A DNA stretch of 59,532 nt, the filler included. It is 9 parts of 9 records of this genome, joined end to end, with 100 filler letters (N's around TTAATTAATTAA, not from the genome) between each part and the next. Parts side by side here need not be neighbours in the genome. Positions count along the whole stretch, not along the records: positions 20,549 to 26,370 come from SRR31147125_21562; positions 26,471 to 32,410 come from SRR31147125_21580; 7 more parts are not named here. One strand, written 5' to 3'. This document shows positions 20,919 to 31,317 of the stretch, one piece after another (position 1 is the stretch's first letter; each line of letters begins with the position of its first letter). Made by a program: the position numbers and the translations under genes. Under the pieces are notes generated by a model. That model was not told where the DNA came from. It saw only the letters and a list, made by a program, of their open reading frames with translations, and made no database searches.

Positions 20919-22391
20919 TTACAGCAAAAGCAGGTTATACAGCACCTGCGCCATTTGCGCGCGGGTACTGCTGCCCAACGGGTCAAGCTCGCCGCCGCTG
21001 CCGGAAATAACACCGGCCTTAACCAGCATATCGGCGGCCTCTTCGGCATAGTCGGCTATCAGCTCCGCATCGCTGAATATCGACAGGGAGCCCGCGCCGT
21101 CCGCTTCCGGCCATTCTCCCAGCACGTTCAGCGCGCGGTATACGAGCGTAAACATATCCTGCCGCGAAATCTGTGTTTCCGGTGCGTACAAATTATTGCC
21201 GATGCCGTTTGTAAGCCCCAGCCGCTTCGCTGCCGAGAGATAACCCGTATAATACGTATCACCCGCGTCGTCAAAGTTATCCGTACTGTACGCGTCGGCT
21301 TCGAGTCCGTAAGCCCGCATCAGCATGACAACAAACTGGCCCCGTGTCAGCGTGGCGTCCGGGCTGAACAGATTGTTCCCGGTGCCGGTCGTAATCTCAC
21401 GCGCCGCGCAGAAGGTTACCGCGTGATAATACCAGTCTGACCCGACGACATCATTAAACGTCACCTTATGGTAGCCGATGCCGTAAACAGAGAAGTGGTT
21501 TACAGGGAATTCCACTGTCTGGGTCAGTGCGTGGTACCGTCCGCGGATGGGCTGGAGCGTACCGGACGCGTCGATATAATAGGCGACAATAGCGTCTTCA
21601 TCCTCACCGTAACGGATAGTATACGGCATACTGACGACGACTGCGCCGCCCAGCTCAGTTATCCGCGTTGCCCCCACCGTCAGCGCAAAGTCAAAGACAG
21701 GACGGCTGCCGATCACGAGCCCCGCTTCTTCGGATAATGCTGTACCGTCCACCGCCCGGACCGTCAGGCTGATATCGCCCGGATCGGCGGTGTTGGCAAT
21801 ATGGTCAATCGCCGCCGCGCTGAAACGGATGACGCAGCTATTCATATCCACAACGGCCGGTTCATCACTGGCCTGCGAAAAATCTTCAAACGATTCCCGG
21901 CTGATCTCGGCTTTTATTTCGCCGTTTGTCTCCACGGTCCCTGTGGCAAAGTTGCCGCTGTTGTCCGAGATGACGACCGTACTGTTGTCGTCGTCGGACC
22001 CGGAATCCGGTTTCGTGTTGGGAGGCGGCGGCGGATAATACGGAACAACCGTGAAGACAGCGCTTGCCACGGTGCCGCCGTAGCCCGCCGTGATGTTGAA
22101 GCTGCCCGGCAGTACGTCAGGAACGATCCAGATGTTCGTATAATCCCCTGCGGCATCACAGCACGCGGCGCTAAAGTAAATGATATTTCCGCCTGCGTCC
22201 ACCGCTTTGATGCTGACCCATTGGCCGGGGTCCGCCGTACCGCTGATGGTCACGCTGCCGCCGGCATATCCCGACGACATACTCAGATTAACCGTCACCG
22301 TCCCCGCGGCCAGTGCCGGCACACTCAGAAGGCCGAGCAGCAGCAGGGCAACCATACCCTTTGTCATTAATCTATTGAAGCTTTTCATCAT
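20919..22391 (-). CDS. Secreted S-layer homology (SLH) domain protein
   Basis: Signal peptide, a roughly 90-aa beta-rich N-domain, Pro/Asp linker, middle domain ending HFSVYGIGY, and three SLH repeats (FSPDATLTRGQF, YAPETQISRQDM, DPLGSSTRAQMAQ). Confidence 0.92.
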   Translation of the reverse strand: MMKSFNRLMTKGMVALLLLGLLSVPALAAGTVTVNLSMSSGYAGGSVTISGTADPGQWVSIKAVDAGGNIIYFSAACCDAAGDYTNIWIVPDVLPGSFNITAGYGGTVASAVFTVVPYYPPPPPNTKPDSGSDDDNSTVVISDNSGNFATGTVETNGEIKAEISRESFEDFSQASDEPAVVDMNSCVIRFSAAAIDHIANTADPGDISLTVRAVDGTALSEEAGLVIGSRPVFDFALTVGATRITELGGAVVVSMPYTIRYGEDEDAIVAYYIDASGTLQPIRGRYHALTQTVEFPVNHFSVYGIGYHKVTFNDVVGSDWYYHAVTFCAAREITTGTGNNLFSPDATLTRGQFVVMLMRAYGLEADAYSTDNFDDAGDTYYTGYLSAAKRLGLTNGIGNNLYAPETQISRQDMFTLVYRALNVLGEWPEADGAGSLSIFSDAELIADYAEEAADMLVKAGVISGSGGELDPLGSSTRAQMAQVLYNLLLL

Positions 22392-22400
22392 ACCGCACCT

Positions 22401-24629
22401 CTATAAAATGTTTGGATTGCCGGACCCGCCGTTTGTCAGTCCGTCCACTATATAGACCCTCACCACGTCGCCCGGCTGCACGTTAAAGCCTGCGCCGATA
22501 TGGCTGACGGATTCAAAATCCGCCTTAACAAAGCTCATACCAATTTGCGCACCGCCTCTCAGGTGTACGAAAACAGCCGTTTCTTCCCCACCGTGGCCCA
22601 GGACCGCGCTGACATTAGCAGAGAAATATGTAAAGCCCGATATGCCGGTATTTACCGTCATGGTCGGAATCAGGCTGTCGGCTAGCCCCGCCGTGTACGC
22701 CGCGTCCGCTGCCGGCGTTACGAGATACGCACCGTTTCCGCTGGCTGTACGCACATGGATAATAATGTTCTTCGTCACGGTCAGCGTCGAGCCGGCTCTG
22801 GCGTCCGACAGCGTGACAGCTACGGTAACATTGCCGCTTATCGTCGGCGTGCCGGACACGACGCCCGTATCGGCGTCAATACTCAGCCCGCCGGGCAGGC
22901 CCGTGGCGCTCCAGGAAAGCGTACCCTGGGTATTGACAGGCGTCAGCGTAAACTGCTGATATTTATTGCCGATCATCGAAAAGCTGTTTTCCGAAATCCC
23001 GATCAGCTCGACGGACACGCTTGCCGTTACATCCTGATTATCCAGCGTTGCGGTAATCGTGTCTGTCCCAGCCGATGCCGGCGCTGTGTAGACTGCCGCT
23101 GCGCTGCCGGCGCTGACGGTCACACTGCTCGGAGTGACAGATCCGTTTGTTACGCCAAAGCTCACATTGCCGCCGCTGAAAACGCTTTGTACGGCTTCGC
23201 CCATGTTGTTTTCCGCCAAACTGACCGTTACGCCCGTGGTCGTGTTTACGGAGACCGTGTCGTTTGAAACAGCTATGCCAAACATCAGCCATTTGCTGAC
23301 GGTCATATTCGTATCATCCGGGCCCGGCCCGCTGTTTGTGCCCCACCAGTTGTTGTCGGCGCTGCCGGCCGCGGCAAGCAGCTGCGCGCCGCTGCCGTCG
23401 CTGCCATCTGACCCGCCGCCTTTTCCGTCACCGCCGCTGCCGGCCATGTTGCCGAGTATTCTGTTTCCGGCCATGCTTGCGGCACTAACGCAGTATGCGC
23501 CGCCACCGGAGCCGCCGGAGCCGCCGTTGGTGCTGTTATTGTTGCCGTCGCCGCCGTCGCCGCCATCACCGGAGTTGTTGTCTGAAATGGCGCTGCCTGT
23601 GACACTAAGCGCACCGGTGCAGTAAACGCCGCCGCCTTTTCCGCCGCTGCCGCCGTTACCGGGAGATACAGCAGACTCGGCATGTTGGCCGTTGCCCGCA
23701 TCGTTGTTATGAATTGTGCTGTTCGTGACGGTCAGAGAATCGGCGCAGAAAATACCGCCGCCAGCGCCGCCGTTGCCGCTGTTTCCGTGTTCATTGTTGC
23801 CGCCGCCGCCCGAATGATTTCCGGAAACAGTACTGTCCGTCATAATCATTGGGCCTGTGCAGTAAACGCCGCCGCCTTTTCCGCCGTCGCCGCCGTTGTG
23901 TGTATTGTTCGTATATCCGTTACCGCCGCCGCCTGCATTGTTGCCGGAAATGGTGCTACCCGTGACGGTCAGCGAACCGGCGCAGTAGATTCCGCCGCCG
24001 TTGCCACCGTTGCCGCCGTCGCCTCCCAGGCCGCCGCCGGCTGTCGCATCCCCGCCGTCGCCGCCGGCTCCGGCCGCGCAACCGGAAACAGTGCAGTTTG
24101 TGACAGTCAGCGAGCCGGCGCAGTAGATTCCACCGCCAGACTCGCCGTTATATCCATCAAAATTGGGAGCTGGGTTTTGCACGACGCCATCGCCGGTTGC
24201 CCCATCGGGTGCTTTCCCGTTTTGGATGGTGAGATTTTCGACAGTCACATTGCTGCCGGAGCCTGTGATATTGATGACGCGGTCCGTACCGCCGCCGTCG
24301 ATGATCGTACTTGCCGCCGACGCGCCTATAAGGCTCATGCTTTGCGTGATCGTGAGGTTTTCCGTGTATGTACCGGCAGCGATATAAATTGCCGGGTCCG
24401 TTGCGCTTTGCCCCTGGACATACGCGATTGCTCCGCCGATGGTTTTAAACGGCGCGCCGGCATTATCGCCGGTTGTATCATCGCCGGTTGCCTGGTTCAC
24501 GTAAACCTCCAGATCATAGGCCGCCGCCAGCGCCGGCGGTGATATAACCGGCAGCAGTGCCAGCATAAAGCATACCGCCATAAAGCTGCCGAGCAGCCTG
24601 ACGACCGTTTTTCTTCCCATTTTTCTCAC
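22401..24629 (-). CDS. Secreted Gly-rich beta-helix surface protein with Ig-like domains and a shared C-terminal domain
   Basis: Signal peptide. YVNQATGDD...PFKTI..A...AGTY.E beta-helix cap. Repeated GG.GG.GGG(I/V)YC...L.V....I..N units, NNWWG, Ig-like domain, WSATGLPGGLSID..TG..SGTP (He_PIG). Confidence 0.85.
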   Translation of the reverse strand: MRKMGRKTVVRLLGSFMAVCFMLALLPVISPPALAAAYDLEVYVNQATGDDTTGDNAGAPFKTIGGAIAYVQGQSATDPAIYIAAGTYTENLTITQSMSLIGASAASTIIDGGGTDRVINITGSGSNVTVENLTIQNGKAPDGATGDGVVQNPAPNFDGYNGESGGGIYCAGSLTVTNCTVSGCAAGAGGDGGDATAGGGLGGDGGNGGNGGGIYCAGSLTVTGSTISGNNAGGGGNGYTNNTHNGGDGGKGGGVYCTGPMIMTDSTVSGNHSGGGGNNEHGNSGNGGAGGGIFCADSLTVTNSTIHNNDAGNGQHAESAVSPGNGGSGGKGGGVYCTGALSVTGSAISDNNSGDGGDGGDGNNNSTNGGSGGSGGGAYCVSAASMAGNRILGNMAGSGGDGKGGGSDGSDGSGAQLLAAAGSADNNWWGTNSGPGPDDTNMTVSKWLMFGIAVSNDTVSVNTTTGVTVSLAENNMGEAVQSVFSGGNVSFGVTNGSVTPSSVTVSAGSAAAVYTAPASAGTDTITATLDNQDVTASVSVELIGISENSFSMIGNKYQQFTLTPVNTQGTLSWSATGLPGGLSIDADTGVVSGTPTISGNVTVAVTLSDARAGSTLTVTKNIIIHVRTASGNGAYLVTPAADAAYTAGLADSLIPTMTVNTGISGFTYFSANVSAVLGHGGEETAVFVHLRGGAQIGMSFVKADFESVSHIGAGFNVQPGDVVRVYIVDGLTNGGSGNPNIL

Positions 24630-24659
24630 CTTATAAATACCTCCGAATTTGTTCGAATT

Positions 24660-26370
24660 TTATAAAATGCTTGGATTGCCCGCCGCGCTATTTGTCAGCG
24701 CGTCCACAATATAGACCCTGATTACATCGCCCGGCTGTACGTCGAACGCCGCGCCCGCGGCGCCGACAGTATCATAATCGGCTTCACTGAAGCTGAAGCC
24801 GAGCTGCTTACCGCCCCGCGTATGGACAAACACGCAGACCTCCGTCCCGGCGTGGTTCGTCACCGGCGTAATATATACTCTGAAATACGTATAACCGGAT
24901 ACGCCGTCACTCACCGTCAGCGTCGGGATGCCGTCGGCGGTATAGCTGCCCGTATACGCCGGGTCCCCGTCGGAAACAATCGTGTACGTGCCGCCGCCGC
25001 AGCCCAGCTGGATGACAAGCGTGTAGGTTTCCGTTCCCGTCACCGCGTTTGTGTCGGTGGCGGTAATCGTCACCGTGTACGTCCCCTCGTCGCCGCTCGC
25101 GGGCGTCCCAGACAGCACGCCCGTCGCGCTGTCCAGCGACAGATTATTCGAAGACGGAAGCCCTGTGGCGTTCCATGTAAACGACCCGTCGCCGCCTGTG
25201 GACGACATCGTCACGCTGTACGCGCCCCCGATGATCCCCACGGGGAGCTTCGCGTTCGTAATCGTCACCGCCGCCTGCCGCGTCACTTCGATGGTGTACG
25301 TCTTTGTCGTGACGCCGTCGCTGCCCGTGACGAGGACAGTGAGCGTATTGACGCCCACCGTCAGGTCCACAGCCGTCGACGCGTCCTGTCCGTTGACAGT
25401 GACTGTCGCTCCGCTGTCCGCCGCCGTCGGCGTCACCGTCAGGTCGGTAACAGAATGGGCGACGGTCGCCGTATAGGCGTATGTCGTCCGATTGAATGCC
25501 GGAGACAGTACGCCGTCGGACAGCGTCAGGCCGGTGAGCGTCGCGTCGCTGTTGCCGCGGTTAATGGTCACGGTATATGTTTTCGTTGTGGCGTCCTGGG
25601 CGATGACCATGAGCGTCACCGTATTGTCGCCCGGGGAGAGCGGGATCGCTGCCGTGCCGCCCTGCGTTAAAATCGCCCCGTCCAGCAGCATAACCGCCTT
25701 GGCGTCGGACGCCGAAGCTTTAAGGTCCACGGATGCGACGGTACTGCCGACGGTGACGTAATAATCAGTCATCGCCGCGCTGAAATTAAGCGTCCCTTCG
25801 GTAAGCGTGAGACTTCCAAGGTCGGCATCGCTCACCGTGCCGTTGACGGAGAGGACGTAAGAATTCTGCACCGCGCCGTCCTGTGACGTGACAACAACAG
25901 GGATCAGGTTTTTCCCGTTTTCAAGGCTGACGGTCCTTTTCGTTCCACTATCGGTGTCAATGCCGTTTATCGTCAGCGACGCGCCGGGATCCTCCGTGAC
26001 TGCTGTGACGCCGATGCTGTTAATCCCGGAAGCATCGACGCTGTACACCACCGTGTCCACGTCAAAAGGCTGATTTAAAGCGCCCGTGTCTACAGACAGG
26101 CTTTGCAGCTTGGCCGGCGCAGCCGTCGTAAAGTTATGGCTCGTATCCGGCATGGTCTCGCCGTAGGAATTCTTAAAGCCGGAAATGCTGATGGTATAAG
26201 ATTGGTTATACGATAAACCGGAATAAGGGACCGTGTAGGTTTTGCCGTAGTTTGACCAGCTGCCGCCGGCGAGTGCATTGCCGTCCAGAGAAACGGTTCC
26301 GGCCGCGGACGTGTCCATCGTATCAATAAAGGTGGCAACAATATTGCCGCTGGTCGGCGCGCCGCTCCCC
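24660..26370 (-). CDS. Cadherin-like beta-sandwich / Ig repeat surface protein with the shared C-terminal domain, 5'-truncated
   Basis: Three units like L..L.L..G.L...F......Y...V......L..G.N...V.V...DG..TKTY, then He_PIG (WNATGLP...LSLD..TGVLSGTP). Confidence 0.85.
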
Positions 26371-26470
26371 NNNNNNNNNNNNNNNNNNNNNNNNNNNNNN
26401 NNNNNNNNNNNNNNTTAATTAATTAANNNNNNNNNNNNNNNNNNNNNNNNNNNNNNNNNNNNNNNNNNNN

Positions 26471-26836
26471 GTTACTGGGTTTTCGGACAGACTGACCAAA
26501 GAAGTAATAAGAAGCAGAATAGATAGTAAGGAATGGGATTATTATAAGGTTATATATGCTGATGAAATTTGCGGCGGTATAGGAGTAAAGAAAGTTTCGA
26601 AGAAATGCAATTACTTGGTTATTATTTATATTGATCCCGAATACCAAAACAGAAAAATCGCTCAAAAGGCAATAGATTTAGTCCATAATAAGTATCCAAT
26701 CGAAACAAAATGGACACTAGATTTTCCAGCTAATTTGAGTGCGAACAAGAAATGCTATGAAAATATGGGATATAAAGATACAGGGAAGAGAGAGGTAATA
26801 AATGATAAGCTGACGCTTGCTTATTATGAAAGATAA
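26471..26836 (+). CDS. GNAT family acetyltransferase, 5'-truncated
   Basis: Frame open from the contig start. IYIDPEYQNRKIA, WTLD.P....N..CYE.MGY. Confidence 0.8.
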   Translation, partial: VTGFSDRLTKEVIRSRIDSKEWDYYKVIYADEICGGIGVKKVSKKCNYLVIIYIDPEYQNRKIAQKAIDLVHNKYPIETKWTLDFPANLSANKKCYENMGYKDTGKREVINDKLTLAYYER

Positions 26837-26852
26837 GTTGATAGAATTATCC

Positions 26853-26883
26853 AAGCATGAGGAGTAATCCTTGTGCTTTTTTT
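26853..26883 (+). terminator. Intrinsic terminator
   Basis: AAGCATGAGGA-gtaa-TCCTTGTGCTT followed by a T run. Confidence 0.85.
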
Positions 26884-26912
26884 AACAATTTAAAACCAAA
26901 AACTATAACCTG

Positions 26913-26957
26913 TTGACAGAACAATGTTCTCTTGATAACATAAGAAAACATTGTTCT
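26913..26957 (+). promoter_or_regulatory. SigA promoter with two palindromic operators (probably TetR)
   Basis: TTGACA-N17-TAACAT. AGAACA-A-TGTTCT (26918-30) and AAAACA-T-TGTTCT (26945-57). Confidence 0.7.
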
Positions 26958-26973
26958 TTAAGGAGATTAGTAT

Positions 26974-27954
26974 ATGAAAACAGTAAAAGTAGCGATGATA
27001 CAATTAAATAATTATTATGAAGATCAAATGCTTGGATATAAGGAAGCGACTACGTTAATTGAAAGTGCCTGTTTACAAGGAATTGATATGGCGATATTAC
27101 CAGAACTATCTGGATGTGGATATATTCCAAATAAATCCATTTGGAACTATGCAGAGCCAACAGATGGATATACATCAAAATGGGCGTGCGAACTGTCTTC
27201 TAAGTTAGGTATATACATAGGAGCTGGATTTATTGAAATGGATGGTGAAGATTTTTTCAACTCATATATATTGAGTAATCCAAAAGGAGAAGTAAGTGGC
27301 ATTATTCGTAAAGAAGATGCGGAATCATATTGCTTTAAAAGGGATGAAGGCAGTTTGTATATTGATACGGATATTGGAAGAATAGGGGTAGGGATTTGTA
27401 TTGATAACCACTATACAGAAAGACTATACAGAATGAAAAGTGCTGATATAGATTTTATGATGATGCCCCATGCAAGCCCATCACCGAATAAAGATAGTAG
27501 TGGAATTTCTGAAAAGGATTTTAAAATCTTTAAGGAACAACCATATACTATTGCTTCTGCGTATTCAAATTATCTGCGTGTTCCATCAATATACGTAAAT
27601 GCAGTGGGAGGCTTTCCTAAGTTTTCTGGTGGATTTGCAGTAAAGAGTTTTGATAAAAACTTTTGTTTGATGGGTGGCTCTTTAGCTACAGATTCGGATG
27701 GAGAATTGGTCAGTAAAATGGATAACAGCCAAGGATATAAAATAGCTAAGATTTCATTAGAAAAGAGTCTAAAGCAATCAAAAAAACCAAAAGTATATCA
27801 CAAGAAATGGCTTCATGAGGGCAGTGCGCTATATCGATATTTAATGATACCTAGGTTGATTAAAAAGGGTATAAAGAGCTATAATAAAGAGCGCTTAATA
27901 TTCATGAAAACATTTTTAAAGGAGCACAAAAACAATGGTACGAAAGAATCCTAA
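26974..27954 (+). CDS. Carbon-nitrogen hydrolase (nitrilase superfamily amidase)
   Basis: Catalytic E-K-C in LPELS, IRKED and GICIDN. Confidence 0.9.
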   Translation: MKTVKVAMIQLNNYYEDQMLGYKEATTLIESACLQGIDMAILPELSGCGYIPNKSIWNYAEPTDGYTSKWACELSSKLGIYIGAGFIEMDGEDFFNSYILSNPKGEVSGIIRKEDAESYCFKRDEGSLYIDTDIGRIGVGICIDNHYTERLYRMKSADIDFMMMPHASPSPNKDSSGISEKDFKIFKEQPYTIASAYSNYLRVPSIYVNAVGGFPKFSGGFAVKSFDKNFCLMGGSLATDSDGELVSKMDNSQGYKIAKISLEKSLKQSKKPKVYHKKWLHEGSALYRYLMIPRLIKKGIKSYNKERLIFMKTFLKEHKNNGTKES

Positions 27955-28516
27955 AGATAGAGAAAAAGAATTGGTAGATATAGCATTTAGGCAATTTTTA
28001 AATAGCGGCTATGAAAAAACTTCTATTCGATCTATCGTTGGCGAAGCAAATGGTAAAATAGGCATGTTTTATAATTATTTTTCTTCTAAGGAGGAGATTT
28101 TTGAAGTAGCGTTAGAAAGATATAATCAAGAATATATTCATAAAGTAAATAACTTGATAAAAGACCAAACGGATTTATCTTTTTTAAAAATGCTGGATAT
28201 TATATTGTCAAGCCTAGAAAACTCATTAAATGAATACAGAGATATTAATCAAGGCTTTACGGATTCGAGAATTTTAGTAGTGATTCATAATCGTACTCTT
28301 AAATCACTAAAACCCATCTTTAATGAGTTGATTTTAGAATATATAAATAAGGGAGAAATTCCTTCTACAGAGAAAGACATAGAGTTACTATTGGACTTTA
28401 TGCTCTTTGGCATTAGCGGTGTTATTCATAATAAAAGCGACGTAACTTTAGAAGCGAAGAAAAAAGTCATAATAAATTTAGTGTGCAAAGTGTTGGATAT
28501 TTCATCGCCAACCTAA
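27935..28516 (+). CDS. TetR/AcrR family transcriptional regulator
   Basis: F...GYEKTSIRSI........G.FY.YF.SKEEIF. Confidence 0.93.
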   Translation: MVRKNPKDREKELVDIAFRQFLNSGYEKTSIRSIVGEANGKIGMFYNYFSSKEEIFEVALERYNQEYIHKVNNLIKDQTDLSFLKMLDIILSSLENSLNEYRDINQGFTDSRILVVIHNRTLKSLKPIFNELILEYINKGEIPSTEKDIELLLDFMLFGISGVIHNKSDVTLEAKKKVIINLVCKVLDISSPT

Positions 28517-28538
28517 AAACTGAGTAAAGTAAAACAAT

Positions 28539-28563
28539 GCATCTAATACTAGGTGCTTTTTTT
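28539..28563 (+). terminator. Intrinsic terminator
   Basis: GCATCTA-atac-TAGGTGC followed by T7. Confidence 0.7.
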
Positions 28564-28709
28564 GTGGAAAGATAAGTTTTAAATAAAAAAGTAAAAAAAA
28601 GATAGTATATTAAGAAAATCGTAAGAATTCTGAAAGAGGATTTTAAAGAAATTAACTGTAATTTTTATTACTATTAAATCGATAAAATTATAATTAATTG
28701 GAGGATTTA

Positions 28710-30575
28710 ATGAAGAAGATTTTTAAGAAAATAATTCAGGCTTTGGTATTGCTTATTGTATTGATAGTTGCGGTATTCTGTATCGCAGGTTTAATACCGC
28801 AAAAAAAGATTACGACGCCAGCAGGACTTAATCAATACTCATCCACATATGTAGAGATGAAAGACGGGACGAAAATTGCTGTTCGAGTAGCATTGCCATA
28901 TGATTTAGAGGTAGATGAGAAAGTACCGGTAATTTTGGAAACAACACGATATGGTACAAAAAATATGTATGCATTTGCTTTAAATGCATTAATAAATTTA
29001 GGAATAGGGAAAGAAAGAGAATCGATTTTTTTTGAGAAAGTGCTAAATAACCACTATGCCTTGGTTCGTGTGGATGCAAGAGGTTCTGGTGCGTCTTTTG
29101 GAAACAGAGAGATGGAGTGGTCGAAAGAAGAAATTGATGATATGGATCAAATAATAACTTGGATTACAAAGCAAACTTGGTCGAATGGCAAAGTTGGTGC
29201 ATACGGCGTTTCATACAGCGGTAATACGGCAGAGCTTGCAATGGTTTCGAATAATAAAGCGTTAAAGGCGGCAGCACTATTGTATCCAGACTTTAACCCG
29301 ATTAAGCAAAGTGCGTTTCCTGGTGGTATTCTAAATGCTTTTTTAATGGAAAAATGGTCAGAAAGCAATAAAGCTATGGATGAAAATGAAACAAATATCC
29401 TTAATGCTGGAACTGCACCTGTTGATGAAGACAAGAGTGGAGATATGCTGAAACAGGCATTAGAAGAAAGAGACAACATAGATATTTACCAAGCGATTAA
29501 AGATGTGACGTATTTTGATGAAGCAATTGCAGATGGATATACGCTGGAATCGTTATGCCCGTACACCTATAAAGATGAGATTGAGCAGTCTGGTGTTCCA
29601 ATATATGTCCGCGTTGGATGGCATGATTCAGCAACGGTAAATGGTGCGCTTGAACGGTATTTAACTTACAGTAATCCACAAGAACTAGTGATAGGGCCTT
29701 GGAGTCACGGCGGATATTACTTCTTTGATCCTTTTGAAGATGCAGATGTATCCGATGAAGAGCTATTTGCTCAGCGTGACGAATTGGAGACAATACAGGC
29801 TGAGGAATTGATGGTGTTTTTTGATCGTTATTTAAAGTCAGAAGATGTGTCAATAGCCCAAAATGAAATCAGATATTATACGTTGAATGAAGGAGAATGG
29901 AAGACGTCGAAGGAATGGCCTATTGATGATTTTGATAGTGTTCCAATATATTTTGATAGCAATAATTGCTTAAGTTTTGATGAACCTGTTAACCAAGATG
30001 GACAAGATAATTATAATGTGGATTACTCGGCAACAACGGGTAGTAGTAACAGATGGCATACTAATATTGGTGGAGGAGCAATTGGCTATTCTAATAGAGC
30101 TTATGAGGATGATAAATTGCTTACCTATACAAGTGATCCGTTAAGAAATGATATTGAAATTACAGGGGTACCAATTGTTAACTTGAATATTGCTACGAAC
30201 ATAGGTGACAGTGCGGTTTACGTTTATCTAGAAGATGTTGCGCCTGATGGAACAGTAACTTATTTAACCGAAGGACAACTGAGATTAATACACCATCAAC
30301 AAACGCAAGATGAACTAGGATACACCTCTATTGGTGTAAAGCGATCGTTTAAAACAAATGATGGAAAACAAGTGATTCCTAACGAAAATATCAGTATAAG
30401 TATTGAGATGTATGCGATTTCTGTAAAGATGGAAGCGGGACACAGTATTCGTGTTGCAATTGCAGGACATGATGCGGCAAACTTTGAAAAATTGTCAGAT
30501 GATGAGATTATCTTTACGATACAAAGGAACAGTGTGGATTCTTCTTTTATTGAATTGCCAATGAAAGAAAAATAA
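28710..30575 (+). CDS. CocE/NonD family serine hydrolase, N-terminally membrane-anchored
   Basis: MKDGTKIA, TRY, DARGSGASFG, WSNGKVGAYGVSYSG, GWHD, IGPWSH. RBS GGAGG. Confidence 0.93.
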   Translation: MKKIFKKIIQALVLLIVLIVAVFCIAGLIPQKKITTPAGLNQYSSTYVEMKDGTKIAVRVALPYDLEVDEKVPVILETTRYGTKNMYAFALNALINLGIGKERESIFFEKVLNNHYALVRVDARGSGASFGNREMEWSKEEIDDMDQIITWITKQTWSNGKVGAYGVSYSGNTAELAMVSNNKALKAAALLYPDFNPIKQSAFPGGILNAFLMEKWSESNKAMDENETNILNAGTAPVDEDKSGDMLKQALEERDNIDIYQAIKDVTYFDEAIADGYTLESLCPYTYKDEIEQSGVPIYVRVGWHDSATVNGALERYLTYSNPQELVIGPWSHGGYYFFDPFEDADVSDEELFAQRDELETIQAEELMVFFDRYLKSEDVSIAQNEIRYYTLNEGEWKTSKEWPIDDFDSVPIYFDSNNCLSFDEPVNQDGQDNYNVDYSATTGSSNRWHTNIGGGAIGYSNRAYEDDKLLTYTSDPLRNDIEITGVPIVNLNIATNIGDSAVYVYLEDVAPDGTVTYLTEGQLRLIHHQQTQDELGYTSIGVKRSFKTNDGKQVIPNENISISIEMYAISVKMEAGHSIRVAIAGHDAANFEKLSDDEIIFTIQRNSVDSSFIELPMKEK

Positions 30576-30613
30576 TTGTATAATGATCATATATCGTTTT
30601 GAAAGGCTGAAAT

Positions 30614-31317
30614 ATGAAAAACAATATCCTAATCATTGATGATGATGAAAGCATTATTGATATAATAGAAATATACTTAACAAATGAAGGGTACAAGGTA
30701 TATACTGCAACAAGTGGTGAAGCAGGGTTAAATATATTGCTTGAGCAAAGCATGGATCTTGTAGTTCTGGATATTATGATGTCTGGAATCGATGGTTTAA
30801 AAGTATGTAAAGAAATTCGGAAAGATAATAATATCCCGATTATATTTTTAAGTGCGAAATCTGAAGATATCGATAAAATTTTGGGGCTTGGTATTGGAGC
30901 AGATGATTATATGACCAAGCCATTTAACCCAATGGAGCTAATCGCGCGAGTTAAATCGAATTTGAGAAGATACCTGCACTATAAACAACCTGAAAGTAAA
31001 GAAGAATATGAAAGTATAGTTGCCGTAAAGGGAATTAGAATTAACAAACACAATCGCCTAGTTAAGAAATTGGGAGAAGTGATAGATTTGACACCGACTG
31101 AATATGACATATTGCTTTTGCTTGCGGAGAATAAAGGGAAAGTTCTAAGTTCGGAGGAAGTTTTTGAACATGTTTGGAAGGAAAATATCTTGAATCCAAT
31201 AACACAATTATGGTGCATATATGGCGCTTAAGAGAAAAAATAGAGGATAATCCAAAGCAACCAAAGATTATTGAAACAGTATGGGGGGTGGGATATAAAA
31301 TTGAAAAAGAAGATTAA
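30614..31317 (+). CDS. OmpR-family response regulator (1-nt frameshift near 31183)
   Basis: Receiver domain IDDD, LDIMM, LSAK, GADDY.TKPF. Adding one A restores [39 protein letters not shown] with TAA at 31315-17. Confidence 0.93.

Noticed and set aside
20877-26073. Long plus-strand ORFs (e.g. 20877-21440, 23682-24542, 24822-25670)
   Set aside because: Antisense shadows of GC-rich minus-strand genes with no recognisable motifs. The same applies to minus-strand ORFs inside 40273-47848.
26918-26930. LexA/DinR SOS box
   Set aside because: Spacing is GAAC-N3-GTTC, not the Firmicute GAAC-N4-GTTC. The adjacent TetR is a simpler explanation.
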